IMG/VR virus record: IMGVR_UViG_2690316076_000005
Location: 1 to 37,772 of that record
Source of the DNA: a virus
Taxonomy: Duplodnaviria; Heunggongvirae; Uroviricota; Caudoviricetes
Strand: one strand, 5' to 3'
DNA: 37,772 bases
In this document: positions 1-9,683 of the stretch, in pieces
How the letters are laid out: the number at the start of each line of letters is the position of its first letter
Position numbering within the stretch: the first letter of the stretch is position 1
Notes under the pieces: model-generated
What the model saw: the letters and a program-made list of their open reading frames with translations, nothing else
Databases searched by the model: none
Told to the model about the DNA's origin: nothing
Position numbers and translations under genes: made by a program

Positions 1-20
1 CACTGTTTATCCATACAGTT
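1..20 (+). promoter_or_regulatory. LexA (SOS) box 1 upstream of dinI-like gene
   Basis: cactgtttatccatacagtt carries CTGT-N8-ACAG at 3-18, matching the LexA box core. Confidence 0.55.
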
Positions 21-28
21 AAAAATAA

Positions 29-48
29 TACTGTATACAAACACAGTA
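29..48 (+). promoter_or_regulatory. LexA (SOS) box 2, near-consensus
   Basis: tactgtatacaaacacagta versus consensus TACTGTATATATATACAGTA; lies 13 nt upstream of the ATG and just before the SD gaggg (51-55). Confidence 0.75.
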
Positions 49-61
49 TAGAGGGACTTTT

Positions 62-310
62 ATGCGTATTGAAATCTGCATAGCCAAAGAAAAAATGACT
101 AAAATGCCAACCGGTGCTGTGGATGCGTTAAAGGAAGAATTAACCCGACGCATCAGTAAACGTTATGACGATGTAGAGGTGATCGTAAAAGCCACCAGCA
201 ACGATGGCCTTTCTGTTACACGCACCGCAGATAAGGATTCTGCAAAAACTTTTGTTCAGGAGACTCTGAAAGATACCTGGGAATCTGCTGACGAGTGGTT
301 TGTTCACTAA
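62..310 (+). CDS. dinI: DinI-family SOS-inducible protein homolog
   Basis: 82 aa; MRIE...IAK N-terminus and C-terminal [17 protein letters not shown] closely match E. coli DinI (ETWESADDWFV); ATG with SD; two LexA boxes upstream. Confidence 0.85.
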   Translation: MRIEICIAKEKMTKMPTGAVDALKEELTRRISKRYDDVEVIVKATSNDGLSVTRTADKDSAKTFVQETLKDTWESADEWFVH

Positions 311-453
311 TTAACACGTAAAATCGGTAACGGCTGGAAATCATTCAATAATCGCACTATCGAAAGTTCGCCAGCCAGCCGCAGCACGTTCTTGCATACG
401 ACGTGGCTGCGGCTTCCAACATTAGACAAATAACTCTTTAAATTGCTTTTAAA

Positions 454-639
454 TTATTTCGTTTGAATGCCAGTAACAGGAAATCGTTTATATAGGGTTG
501 ATAGCCCAACGTTATAGATACGTGCAACATAACGCCGTGATTTCCCTGCCGCTATGAGCGCTCCCATCTGTTGCCACTGCTCGTCGCTAAACTTCGGTCT
601 ACGCCCACCAATCCGGCCTTTGGATCTGGCAATAGCCAA
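454..639 (-). pseudogene. C-terminal remnant of a Gin/Pin/Hin-family DNA invertase (HTH domain only)
   Basis: GRIGGRRPKF...IYNVGLSTLYKRFP matches the C-terminal DNA-binding domain of serine invertases; the track M is a TTG codon, so this is an internal segment; the catalytic N-terminal domain is absent and the fragment abuts the tfa stop. Confidence 0.6.
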
Positions 640-644
640 ACCAG

Positions 645-1013
645 CTAAAGTTCCGGGATGACAGGCCAGTTAACATGCTCAGGGTCGGTTGTTACATCAA
701 CAGCCTTAACCTGATTCTTATATAAAAGCCACGCCGAAAGTTTAGCTCTGTTGGCATCGCTGATTTCACCCAGCATCAGCTCTGTGCGCCAGTCGAGCAT
801 AATTGCATCAGCGGCGGACAGTAATCGCTGTCGCTCATTTTCAGCAGCCTGGATGAGTTGTTCATGAGTCGGTGGGGGATTAATAATTGCCATAGCCTCA
901 CTTCTGGTGATTGGCACAAGCCCTTCTTTGATAAAAGCATCCTGTGTGCCATACGCATCGTAGGCATATACGACGTTATTTTCATCTTTGTAATACTTCA
1001 TCATTGTTATCAT
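645..1013 (-). CDS. tail fiber assembly protein (Tfa)
   Basis: 122 aa; [19 protein letters not shown]... is the typical Tfa N-terminus; directly follows the fiber gene with a 4-nt overlap. Confidence 0.75.
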   Translation of the reverse strand: MITMMKYYKDENNVVYAYDAYGTQDAFIKEGLVPITRSEAMAIINPPPTHEQLIQAAENERQRLLSAADAIMLDWRTELMLGEISDANRAKLSAWLLYKNQVKAVDVTTDPEHVNWPVIPEL

Positions 1014-1990
1014 TTTTTATCCACCTCTACCCAGGTAACATCTGACACTGTTCCTGAAAACTGCTGCACAATATAGGTCGCACCGGCAGGAACCATGAAT
1101 GCGATAGTTGCTCTTTGCCCTGCAAGATTTGTTGTCTGAGAGCCGCGAAAATTAGCCGAATTACCATCCACATTAACGTTGGCGCTCAGAAATGAACTAC
1201 CGTCAGACAGCACCGCATTGACGCTTACAAATATGGCGAAAGACTGGCTGTTGGTGTATACGACACCGAGATTTCTAGATTTCATTCCGCATTGACCAAA
1301 CAACCCTTTCATATCTGAATAGTTTTGTGATGCAGCAAGTGATGATGCAGCAACACCAGATTCCGTCGATGTTCTGGAATCAGATACGCGGATAATTCCC
1401 TTGTTTGTTGGGGTCGCATCATTGGTCTTGCCTTGCAACGCCTGTATATCCGCATAATTCATCGCTGCCGCTTTTGCTGTTGCAGCAAGCGTTTCAGATT
1501 CGGATACCCTTGATGATGTAAGTTGAACAATTCCTTTCTGTGTCGTAGTTGAATCCTGAGTTTTGTTTTGCAAAGATTTTATGTCCGTATAGTTTTGCGC
1601 GACAGCATTAGCTGTGGCTGCAATATCCTCTGCACCCGATACCCGCGATGACGTTAACCGGACTAAACCCACCTGTGTTGTTGATGCGTTTTTAATACCA
1701 AGGTTTTCGAGAGCCGTTTGCACAGTGCCATCCGATTTGATATCGCCAAACGGATTCTTGCGGCTTAACAGCAGAGCACGAAGTGCGGTAAGCAGCTGGT
1801 CATGCCGCCCTTTCTCCAGGCTGGCACCGGAGGCCTCCACCACGCTACAAAGTTCTTCCTGCAACATGTCAAAGTAGTCATCATCCAGATCGGTGGCAGG
1901 TGTGCCGGTCTGGGGGTTACCACGGGTAAAACCGTTCTTACCCGCGCCGAACTTATCCTTCTGCGCGGTTTTCGTGTCTATACGATGCAT
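1010..1990 (-). CDS. tail fiber protein
   Basis: 326 aa; conserved fiber N-terminal motif [12 protein letters not shown]; internal tandem repeats; position between the gp48-like gene and tfa. Confidence 0.75.
   Translation of the reverse strand: MHRIDTKTAQKDKFGAGKNGFTRGNPQTGTPATDLDDDYFDMLQEELCSVVEASGASLEKGRHDQLLTALRALLLSRKNPFGDIKSDGTVQTALENLGIKNASTTQVGLVRLTSSRVSGAEDIAATANAVAQNYTDIKSLQNKTQDSTTTQKGIVQLTSSRVSESETLAATAKAAAMNYADIQALQGKTNDATPTNKGIIRVSDSRTSTESGVAASSLAASQNYSDMKGLFGQCGMKSRNLGVVYTNSQSFAIFVSVNAVLSDGSSFLSANVNVDGNSANFRGSQTTNLAGQRATIAFMVPAGATYIVQQFSGTVSDVTWVEVDKK
1304..1675 (-). repeat. three tandem ~45-aa (~135-bp) repeat units inside the tail-fiber gene
   Basis: Protein residues 106-229 contain three copies of G(L/I)V(R/Q)LTSSRVS..AATA.A.A.NY.DI..LQ.KT, as in phage tail-fibre repeats. 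Confidence 0.6.
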
Positions 1991-1993
1991 GGA

Positions 1994-2578
1994 TTACTCC
2001 GGATATTTAAAAATTACGTAGGTATGCGAAGGGCAGAGTTTGTTAAGCACGCACTCGACAACGGTGTCGCCCCAGATACGCAGTGCGGAATCACAGGGAT
2101 CGCCACATGTCATCCAGGTGGTGTTGGTGGCGGCTGGTATGTTGACCTGCCAGTAATACCGCCATTCCGGCGCATTCACCGCGTCAGTACAGGCCGATGA
2201 GCAGGTGAACGTGCTTTTATCGTATCGCGTGATAGTGGCGTCTGGTCTGCCCAGGGCAGCAAGCTGTGCAAGGTAAAAATCCTCATTGATGCCGCCCGCC
2301 AGATTAACCTTCGCATCCAGCCGTTGCTGACGCTGGCGAAGGGTCTGCGTTCCCGCCGGAATACATTCATCCGGCAGGCCGCACAGACGCTCCCAGCGGT
2401 TTATCAGTTCAGTGGTGGTGCGCGGATCCAGCTCCTGCATCAGGGCATCCGCACGCTGATGAACGCGGGTTAATGACGGTGCCGCACCGGCAATCGCCGG
2501 ATCGCTGGCTGACCACGCCGGACCGGGGGGCAACAGTGCCGACAACAGACGGATGTAATCATCGTTTGTCACGTCCAT
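1994..2578 (-). CDS. Mu gp48-like tail protein (DUF2313 / YmfQ-like)
   Basis: 194 aa; N-terminus [17 protein letters not shown] typical of this family; synteny between baseplate J and the fiber. Confidence 0.65.
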   Translation of the reverse strand: MDVTNDDYIRLLSALLPPGPAWSASDPAIAGAAPSLTRVHQRADALMQELDPRTTTELINRWERLCGLPDECIPAGTQTLRQRQQRLDAKVNLAGGINEDFYLAQLAALGRPDATITRYDKSTFTCSSACTDAVNAPEWRYYWQVNIPAATNTTWMTCGDPCDSALRIWGDTVVECVLNKLCPSHTYVIFKYPE

Positions 2579-3627
2579 GAAATCGTCCCCAGTACCGCCA
2601 GTTCATTTTTTGCAATGGAGATATTGTCTGCAGGTGCAAGCAACTGATGGCTGTATTCCCCGTTCGCACCGGAAATCGCTTCACTGATACGCGACACCTT
2701 CAGTTCTCCCTGCGGATAACCATCACGCAGCAGGAACGAACGCAACTCGGCGGTGATGGCAGCCCGTATTTCTGGTGTATCCGGCGTCACACGGATATGA
2801 AAATCCACCGTATGCGCCACCGGCCTGAACACATACAAATCAGAGCCTGCCACCGGGGCCAGTGGCTCGATATGCAGCCTTGCCGCCGTTTCCGTTGATT
2901 CTTCCGGAATGGGATTAATCAGGTCGCTGCTGGCAATCATCACACCGACAGTCCCCGTTCCCATCCAGTGTCGGTATGTCCATGCGCGGGTAATGCCGGG
3001 CACTTCTTTAGCCCAGACGACATAGTCCCCGTCAGCCCCGCCCTGAGGCGTCCAGTAATACCGCTCAATGACGCGGGCGCGCCACGTTTCCAGCTCTTCA
3101 GTATCAAATCCACCTGTCAGGGTATCTGCCACGCCGGAAGACGGCAGACCATTCACCGGCGTGACCAGGATTAATGACGTACCGTCGTCAGCGTTACCGA
3201 CCGCGCCTGCACTTGAGCAGGCGATCGGCACGCGCAGGACACCACCGGAGCTGGTTGCATCGGCAGTTGCCGTGTACTGCACCAGGTCATCGCGCTGAAT
3301 AACACTCCCGGCGGTCACCTTCAGGCCATCGCTGACACCTTCCCAGCGCATATACCCGCTGGCAGCCGTGGCCCCCTTGCGCGGACATCGTTTCATCGCA
3401 GCATGTCGCGCCAGCCAGGACTCATCGCACAAGTCAGGCAGCATGTTCATTGCCAGATAATCGATGTACCCGTAAACCGTATGCAGCGCCGCCGCATACA
3501 CCTTTGCCCGCACGTCTTCATCCATGCGCCGGAGCGTGTCGCTGACGTCCAGCCTGGCGAATAAATCGTTACGGAGCATACTGATATTTTCTGCCAGCGT
3601 CGGGCGCTGAAATTCACTGTCCGCCAT
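2569..3627 (-). CDS. baseplate J-like protein (Mu gp47 family)
   Basis: 352 aa; size, composition and position in the Mu-like baseplate block. Confidence 0.8.
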   Translation of the reverse strand: MADSEFQRPTLAENISMLRNDLFARLDVSDTLRRMDEDVRAKVYAAALHTVYGYIDYLAMNMLPDLCDESWLARHAAMKRCPRKGATAASGYMRWEGVSDGLKVTAGSVIQRDDLVQYTATADATSSGGVLRVPIACSSAGAVGNADDGTSLILVTPVNGLPSSGVADTLTGGFDTEELETWRARVIERYYWTPQGGADGDYVVWAKEVPGITRAWTYRHWMGTGTVGVMIASSDLINPIPEESTETAARLHIEPLAPVAGSDLYVFRPVAHTVDFHIRVTPDTPEIRAAITAELRSFLLRDGYPQGELKVSRISEAISGANGEYSHQLLAPADNISIAKNELAVLGTISWT

Positions 3628-4042
3628 GCGTTATCGCACTCCACAGATCATCAAAAGAAATCATTACCGGTCCGTCACGACGCCAGAGAGTGATACTGTT
3701 ACCCAGTTCATTAATCCCGGTGCGGCGGATATCCAGATCAATACGGGACACCACGCCATCATCAATCATCCATTGCAGGCATTCGCGGATATACCCCCTT
3801 ACCGTCTGCACCAGCTGATTGGTCAGTTTGCTGCGCTGAAGCAGCCACAGTCGGGAGCCGTAACGGTCATTCTGTACCGCAGGCCAGGTATCCCCCCACC
3901 ATCCCATCGGGACGTCGGCGTTGTCATCAGGCTCCGCCCGCCGCCAGGTAAACAGGGAAATCACCACGGCGCGGGTCAGCGGATCCAGCTGTGCGCTGGC
4001 GCAGGTGCGTTTACCGTTCACCGTCAGCCACAGTTCCATCAT
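3614..4042 (-). CDS. Mu gp46-like baseplate protein
   Basis: 142 aa; synteny between the V-like and J-like genes; overlapping start and stop. Confidence 0.65.
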   Translation of the reverse strand: MMELWLTVNGKRTCASAQLDPLTRAVVISLFTWRRAEPDDNADVPMGWWGDTWPAVQNDRYGSRLWLLQRSKLTNQLVQTVRGYIRECLQWMIDDGVVSRIDLDIRRTGINELGNSITLWRRDGPVMISFDDLWSAITHGGQ

Positions 4043-4587
4043 GCCTCCATCGCTTTATCCGGTTTGTCGGTGTTACTGCCCTGACCGTTCTCTCTGTGAC
4101 GATGCCCGTTATAGGCAAGCCGCATCGCTGACATGGTGGTGCCGCCGGAGTCGCACAGGTCTTTCACCTGTCCGGTCACTTCCAGGTCCATTTCAAAACG
4201 TGCTTCAGGTGCATTGCGAAACGTGATCGTTTTACCTGCACCGTCCACCACGATCCCCTCCCGGGTCAGCGTCACGGACTGCCCCTGATCGTCATAGACA
4301 GCCACCTCACCCGTCTGCAGCCCTTTCAGGCGGTAGCGACGGTCCGACACCGTAACAACCACCGCATGAGAACGGTCGCCATCCGGAAACAACACCACCG
4401 CTTCCGCACCGCTGTTTGCCCTTGCGGTAAAACCGTAGGGTTCAAGATGTTCAACCCCGGCTTTGGGTTCACCGGCAATCAGGGACACATCCACGGTCTG
4501 ACATTTCGTGGCGGCACTGATGCTTTTCACCACGGCCCGCCCAATCAGGCCGAGGAGTTGTCGCTGCATGGCTTCAATCGTCCTCAT
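4039..4587 (-). CDS. baseplate assembly protein V-like (Mu gp45)
   Basis: 182 aa; gpV-like beta-rich N-terminal part; synteny. Confidence 0.7.
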   Translation of the reverse strand: MRTIEAMQRQLLGLIGRAVVKSISAATKCQTVDVSLIAGEPKAGVEHLEPYGFTARANSGAEAVVLFPDGDRSHAVVVTVSDRRYRLKGLQTGEVAVYDDQGQSVTLTREGIVVDGAGKTITFRNAPEARFEMDLEVTGQVKDLCDSGGTTMSAMRLAYNGHRHRENGQGSNTDKPDKAMEA

Positions 4588-5666
4588 CAGAACGGGTCCT
4601 CCTGTACTCTGGCTTTTTTCTTTTTCCGCGCGCCGGGGGCTTCGGGTTCAGGCAGATAAGCATCAGGCGGGCCGACACGGATTTCCGTCAGGGTGCCGTT
4701 CTGGTCCTGAGTAAACGTGACTTCCGAAACAAGCAGTTCGGTATTGTCGAAACCACAGACCGGATCAAAGACAATCACCCGCTGGTTGGGCTGCCACAGC
4801 GTACCGTTACCCTGTCGCCAGCCCTGCACCACATAGGTGGTTTCATCCGTCCGCGCCGCCCGTTGTCGGGCTTCAAAGTCCGCACGGGCAATACAACCTG
4901 CCCCCGTAGCCTGCCCTGTCTGCCTGATATACATCGGACGGTAACGGGCAATAAATGCGTCCTCTGTGCGGGCCCGCAGCGCGGTGGTGGTGGCCTCACC
5001 GAAATCATCGTCGTTTCCGGCACGCTGCCCCGCCACCTGGTAAACTGAAAACCGCTCCCGGATACTCTTCTCCGTATCACAGGAAAGGATGTTTTCCCCA
5101 AGTACCAGCGCGGTATGTGCCCGCGTTGAGCCAATACCACCAATCACCAGCCTGCCGTGCGGGTCGTCATAAGCCAGCGCCTGCTGCTGACCGAGTATTT
5201 TGTTGATCACCTCGATCACCGTTTCACCGTGATCAGGCTGGACGTCAGGAATAACACCCGACGGCGCACCGTTGTTCACCACCTCAATGCCGAAAGGCGC
5301 AGCAAGCGCCTGCGCTATCTGTACCAGCGATCGTCCGTTAAACTGTGTCGGTTCGGCTGCACAGTCAATCAGGTCTGCCGTCAGACTACGTCCGGCAATA
5401 CCGGTGCTGACCGAACGGGCATCGTAACGAACGGGAGTCGCCTCCACCCAGCCGGTGATCACCAGCTCATCACCAATCAGCACCTCCACTTTTGAACCGT
5501 TTTTAATGCGCGGCTGAAGCGTGGTGATACCCTCATCACCCGGCCACTGGCGGGTGATCTCCACACTGAAATCCCGCGCCAGCCGTTCAATACCGGCACC
5601 GATGCGCACCGATGTCCAGCCATTCCACTCCCGGTCATTTACCCGTAGCGTGACATTGTCGTTCAT
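4587..5666 (-). CDS. Mu gp44 (P)-like baseplate hub / tail protein
   Basis: 359 aa; synteny downstream of the DNA-circularization-like gene. Confidence 0.6.
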   Translation of the reverse strand: MNDNVTLRVNDREWNGWTSVRIGAGIERLARDFSVEITRQWPGDEGITTLQPRIKNGSKVEVLIGDELVITGWVEATPVRYDARSVSTGIAGRSLTADLIDCAAEPTQFNGRSLVQIAQALAAPFGIEVVNNGAPSGVIPDVQPDHGETVIEVINKILGQQQALAYDDPHGRLVIGGIGSTRAHTALVLGENILSCDTEKSIRERFSVYQVAGQRAGNDDDFGEATTTALRARTEDAFIARYRPMYIRQTGQATGAGCIARADFEARQRAARTDETTYVVQGWRQGNGTLWQPNQRVIVFDPVCGFDNTELLVSEVTFTQDQNGTLTEIRVGPPDAYLPEPEAPGARKKKKARVQEDPF

Positions 5667-6991
5667 TGCACTGGCACCTTCAGAGGGATCACCGGCACAA
5701 AGCCGGGATGCGTAATGGCATTACGCCGGATAATGTCCGCGTCACGCGCCGCGTTATCAAACCAGGTCGCCGCCAGCACCAGCGCGGGTAAAACCTCATC
5801 CGGTGTGCGCTGAATGATCCGTGCAGACTGTTCAAGGCGCGTGTTGATATCCGCATTCAGATCTGCTTTCACCCGGCGCAGCGCCAGAAACAGCGCATCA
5901 CTGGTTGTACGGGACAACTCCTTATCAATTGCCGTATTCAGTGTGTCGCGAATGTCAGTCAGTTCTTCCCACGTCGGCAGGTCAACCGTGTTTTTCACCG
6001 CCGGTGCATTGTTCAGTGCCGGATGCGTGACGGAAGGCCAGCCAGTGCTCTGCGCGGGTGTTGTTGCCTGCCCCACTGCGGCATTCTGCATCACCGCGGA
6101 AGTTGTTGGCGCAGGCAATCGGGTGACGGCATACGCCGCTTCGCTGATTGCGGTCGTACGAAGGGTGCTGGCAACCACGTTACGCTGCTGCGTCGCCGTG
6201 GCGGTGGTTTTACTGTCCGTTTTCCAGACGCCGCGCGGTTGCAGATCGCTGCCGAGGCTGACACCGGAAAGCGTTTTGATCATGGTGACCAGGTCGCTGG
6301 CGTTACCATAAAGGCGTTTCCCGGTACGCCACATTTTCTGCACCTGCTCAACGAAATTTTTGCCTGACGATGGCGGCGGCAGAAGTACCGAGATATCCCC
6401 CTGCAACAGCCTGGCGGCATCCGATACGGCAGAATCCACCACTTTCATCGCATCAGAAACATACCCCAGCATTATGCTGGCATTACCGATAACGTCGTTC
6501 TGCACGAAATCCGCCACACCATCGATACTGAAACCGCTGAAGCTGTCACTGATGCAGTCATCCAGTGCAGAACAGGATGACATCAGCGTCTGCGCCGTCG
6601 CCGCACCTGATGTGGGGTAAGAGAGTTCTCCTGCTTCGACAAACTTCAGGTCAAAGCGGACAATACGCCCTTCACTTTTCGATGTGCTGACCCGAACTTC
6701 CCCGTCAACACAGACTTTCAGCTCACCATATGTCGGGTGGACAAGCGTGCCGGGACCGGGTTTATTCAGCGCGTCAATCAGGCGATCGCGCTGGTCAAAG
6801 CAGTCATCTCCCACCACATAAGCTGTGATGGACGGGCGGAAAGTGACTTTTCCCAGATCTTCGGTATAGGGCTTGTCGCGGTTCGGGTATTCATGTGTTT
6901 CCACACGGCGACCGGTTCCCGCACTTTCTTCTTCAACCTTAAACGGTACGCCGCGAAATGACGCATCCTGAAGCCTGTCTTTCCACGTCAT
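5663..6991 (-). CDS. DNA circularization protein N-like (Mu gp43 family)
   Basis: 442 aa; N-terminus MTWKDRLQDASFRGVPFKVE typical of the DNA_circ_N family. Confidence 0.8.
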   Translation of the reverse strand: MTWKDRLQDASFRGVPFKVEEESAGTGRRVETHEYPNRDKPYTEDLGKVTFRPSITAYVVGDDCFDQRDRLIDALNKPGPGTLVHPTYGELKVCVDGEVRVSTSKSEGRIVRFDLKFVEAGELSYPTSGAATAQTLMSSCSALDDCISDSFSGFSIDGVADFVQNDVIGNASIMLGYVSDAMKVVDSAVSDAARLLQGDISVLLPPPSSGKNFVEQVQKMWRTGKRLYGNASDLVTMIKTLSGVSLGSDLQPRGVWKTDSKTTATATQQRNVVASTLRTTAISEAAYAVTRLPAPTTSAVMQNAAVGQATTPAQSTGWPSVTHPALNNAPAVKNTVDLPTWEELTDIRDTLNTAIDKELSRTTSDALFLALRRVKADLNADINTRLEQSARIIQRTPDEVLPALVLAATWFDNAARDADIIRRNAITHPGFVPVIPLKVPVQ

Positions 6992-7006
6992 ATAAACTCC
7001 GGATAC

Positions 7007-7062
7007 AAAAAACCCGCCAAATCTGCTTTGTCAGTTATTTACATCGCAGAAGATGTGGCGGG
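7007..7062 (-). terminator. possible intrinsic terminator downstream of the moron
   Basis: Imperfect long hairpin (cccgcca ... tggcggg with extra inner pairing) followed on the minus strand by a T6 run; the loop is long, so this is weak. Confidence 0.3.
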
Positions 7063-7081
7063 AACCTAATATTTTTAATTA

Positions 7082-7576
7082 CTATCTGAGTTGAACATCA
7101 ATGGAATAAATATCACCACTCTTTATAAATTTAGAATCTGTCCTTTCATCAAAAGATTCAAATGACTGTACCTTTAAAAACTTTTTCATTTTATTTTCAA
7201 AAATACTTTCATTAACACCAGTTAAATATTTGAACGCTCTACCAGCAAGGACCTCATTACTTAAATCCATTGTGTTTTTATTGTCTTTGAAAAACCAAAC
7301 AATAACCTTTTGTGGGCATGATGGATTATAAACAGATATATAAAACTGCGGCTCATATTTTTCATCAGCGTCATCACTAAGCATTTCTTCAGAAGATAAT
7401 TCTCTTCTGAATTCATATTGCCGCTTAGTTATTCCTTCATCCTTTATTATCTCTTGCTTAACTGGTGCAATACCTATAGAAGAGATTAATTCTGACTCAT
7501 TAAAGCTGAACTTACACTCTTCCGCAGCCAAGTTAAAAGATAAAAGTGCAGATATAAAAAAAACAAAGATACGCAT
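7082..7576 (-). CDS. AT-rich moron: predicted secreted protein of unknown function
   Basis: Start placed at the third ATG (SD gaaggg); MRIFVFFISALLSFNLAAEECK looks like a signal peptide; strongly AT-rich codons versus the flanking tail genes; sits between the N-like gene and the tape measure gene; a perfect TATAAT -10 lies on the minus strand at about 7607-7612. Confidence 0.6.
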   Translation of the reverse strand: MRIFVFFISALLSFNLAAEECKFSFNESELISSIGIAPVKQEIIKDEGITKRQYEFRRELSSEEMLSDDADEKYEPQFYISVYNPSCPQKVIVWFFKDNKNTMDLSNEVLAGRAFKYLTGVNESIFENKMKKFLKVQSFESFDERTDSKFIKSGDIYSIDVQLR

Positions 7577-7675
7577 AATCATCCCTTCAATCATTTGTAA
7601 GGAATGATTATATTAACTACTTAAAGCTGAAAACCCAAATTATGCCAGACAAAAACACATTAATCATTTTGTACA

Positions 7676-9508
7676 CTACCTGAACCGCGTATAGCCAACA
7701 TCATGGCTGACATCAAAACCGCTGGATCGCGTTTCCATAACCCGCATACCCGGAGGCGAATTCACAAAAGATACCTTGATCTCACCATCAACTTTTGGCA
7801 CAGAAGCTTTGTTAATCATGAAGGGATTCGAGCCTGTGGCATCGGAGGCGTTGTTTGACTGAGCCGGATCCACCGCCGGATAAGGTGTGTATCCCCGCGC
7901 CGGTATTCCCGTCCCATAAGCATCATAAGCACCCGCGCCCCACTGCGCAGAGTTAATGGCATCGACCGTGTCACCGGAACTGTCGGTAAACCACTCAATA
8001 ATTGGCTTCAGCTTGTCCCACATATCCTGAAACCACTTAACAACCGGTCCCCAGTTATTGATCACCATCCCCAGCGGCGACCAGGCAAAAACCTTCTTCA
8101 GAAGTTCCCAACCTGCCTCAAAATAAGGACCAATGGTTTCCCAGAGCTTCTTGAAATAAGGTCCGACAACATCCCAGTTAGTGATAATTAATCCCGCAGC
8201 CAGAGCAATCGCCGTCGCAATCATGCCAATCGGCGTCATCGACATAATCCTGCTGACAATACTGATGGCACTGCCCACGCCCATCAATCCCAGTTTCAGA
8301 ATCGCAAGACCGGCAGCAAGCCCGACGACGCCGCGAATAACCCGGGGATTTTCATCCGCAAACTTCGTGAATTTCTCCCCCAACTCCCCCAGCCATTGTG
8401 TGATATTTTTAGCGTCACCAGAAAATGCGCCGCCAATAGCCGCAAGGCCGTTAGTTGCGGTCCCTGTCATTGCCTCCCACAGGTTGGACAGCGTACCAAG
8501 CTGTGCCTGAACACGTTTATTCAGGCTGGCCTGTTTATTCATCTTCTGCTGGATCTGATCGTAGCCATCCTTTCCTTTATCGATTAGTGCATTGACCACC
8601 TGAAGGGTTTCGGCATCATCACCAAATATTGCCTTAAGTACACCTGTTCGCTTAACGTCGGTCAGTTTTCGCAGCTTTGCCAGTTGCCTGAACATGTTAT
8701 CAAGACCGCCAAAACTTCCTTTGCCGTCAGTAAAATCGAGCTGTACCCCGAGTTTCTGGCGGGCCATAACTTTATTAACGTCCCTGATTTTCTTAACGCT
8801 TAATCCGGACTGGATAACTTTTCGCAGGGCATTACCTGCCGACTCCCCGTTCATCCCCATCTGATCCATCATGACGCTGATGGGGGCAAGGCTCTGTGCA
8901 GCCTGAAGACCATCCTTGTTCACCATCTTCAGAACAGAACTGGTTTTAGTGAAGAAGGACAACATGTTGGTATCGTCAACGCCCAGATAAAACGCCTTCT
9001 GGATAGTGTCGAACAGCCCCATCATGTCTTCTGACGCCGTTCCGGTAGCATCCTGCATCTTTGCAGCAAACTCAGCAGCCGCTTCCGGTGTTTTTTTCAG
9101 TTGTACCGCAAGATAAGCTGTCGCTTTACCCACACCACCCAGAATGTTTTCTGCCGGGATCCCCTGACGCACCAGCATCTGCATCATGTTCTGGAAATCA
9201 GCCGTTGTACCAGGTAGCTGGTTACCCAGGCCAATAGCCAGTTTATTGATGTCCTGAAAGCGCTTTCCAACCTCGCCGTTCGCATCCATCATGGCGACTT
9301 TCAGCCCGGTGGCGGCGTTTTCCTGATCGGCATAAGATTTCAGGGAAAGCGTCAGACCCGCTGCCAGTCCGCCCCCAAGCGCCAGCCCACCCTGTGACGC
9401 TTCTTCCGCCTGGCGTTTAAATCCCCGGATTTTCTTTTGCATTTTCGACAGCGCGGGAGAAAGCCTGTCGACACCGGTGATCAACGCCTTAAGCTCAAAT
9501 TCAGCCAT
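7676..9508 (-). CDS. tail tape measure protein
   Basis: 610 aa; Ala/Gly-rich with a hydrophobic segment; downstream of the chaperone pair. Confidence 0.85.
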   Translation of the reverse strand: MAEFELKALITGVDRLSPALSKMQKKIRGFKRQAEEASQGGLALGGGLAAGLTLSLKSYADQENAATGLKVAMMDANGEVGKRFQDINKLAIGLGNQLPGTTADFQNMMQMLVRQGIPAENILGGVGKATAYLAVQLKKTPEAAAEFAAKMQDATGTASEDMMGLFDTIQKAFYLGVDDTNMLSFFTKTSSVLKMVNKDGLQAAQSLAPISVMMDQMGMNGESAGNALRKVIQSGLSVKKIRDVNKVMARQKLGVQLDFTDGKGSFGGLDNMFRQLAKLRKLTDVKRTGVLKAIFGDDAETLQVVNALIDKGKDGYDQIQQKMNKQASLNKRVQAQLGTLSNLWEAMTGTATNGLAAIGGAFSGDAKNITQWLGELGEKFTKFADENPRVIRGVVGLAAGLAILKLGLMGVGSAISIVSRIMSMTPIGMIATAIALAAGLIITNWDVVGPYFKKLWETIGPYFEAGWELLKKVFAWSPLGMVINNWGPVVKWFQDMWDKLKPIIEWFTDSSGDTVDAINSAQWGAGAYDAYGTGIPARGYTPYPAVDPAQSNNASDATGSNPFMINKASVPKVDGEIKVSFVNSPPGMRVMETRSSGFDVSHDVGYTRFR

Positions 9509-9683
9509 GTGTGCGTTTCTCCTGCTCTATCCTGTTTGCCTGACTGACCAGTAAGGGAATTTCACTGATCGGCATATTCAGCAATTCGAAAGGATTAATG
9601 CGCCAGTAGCTGGCGCAGTCAAAGAAGCGATCAGTGAGGTATTCAGCCGTCAGGCCTGGAGGAAAAAACCAGCCACAAGCCAC
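9501..9683 (-). CDS. tail assembly chaperone frameshift-extension ORF (-1 frame)
   Basis: Overlaps the 3-prime end of the upstream chaperone ORF in the -1 frame; the track start is GTG, consistent with no independent initiation. Confidence 0.5.
   Translation of the reverse strand: MACGWFFPPGLTAEYLTDRFFDCASYWRINPFELLNMPISEIPLLVSQANRIEQEKRTHG

Noticed and set aside
379-417. Hairpin gccgcagcacg...cgtggctgcggc downstream of the dinI-like gene as a terminator
   Set aside because: Imperfect stem with no following T-run; could be a weak terminator or an attachment-site remnant, not supportable
434-460. Possible invertase crossover (gix/hix-like) site near the invertase remnant
   Set aside because: Only a direct repeat of tttaaatt; no convincing 26-bp imperfect palindrome
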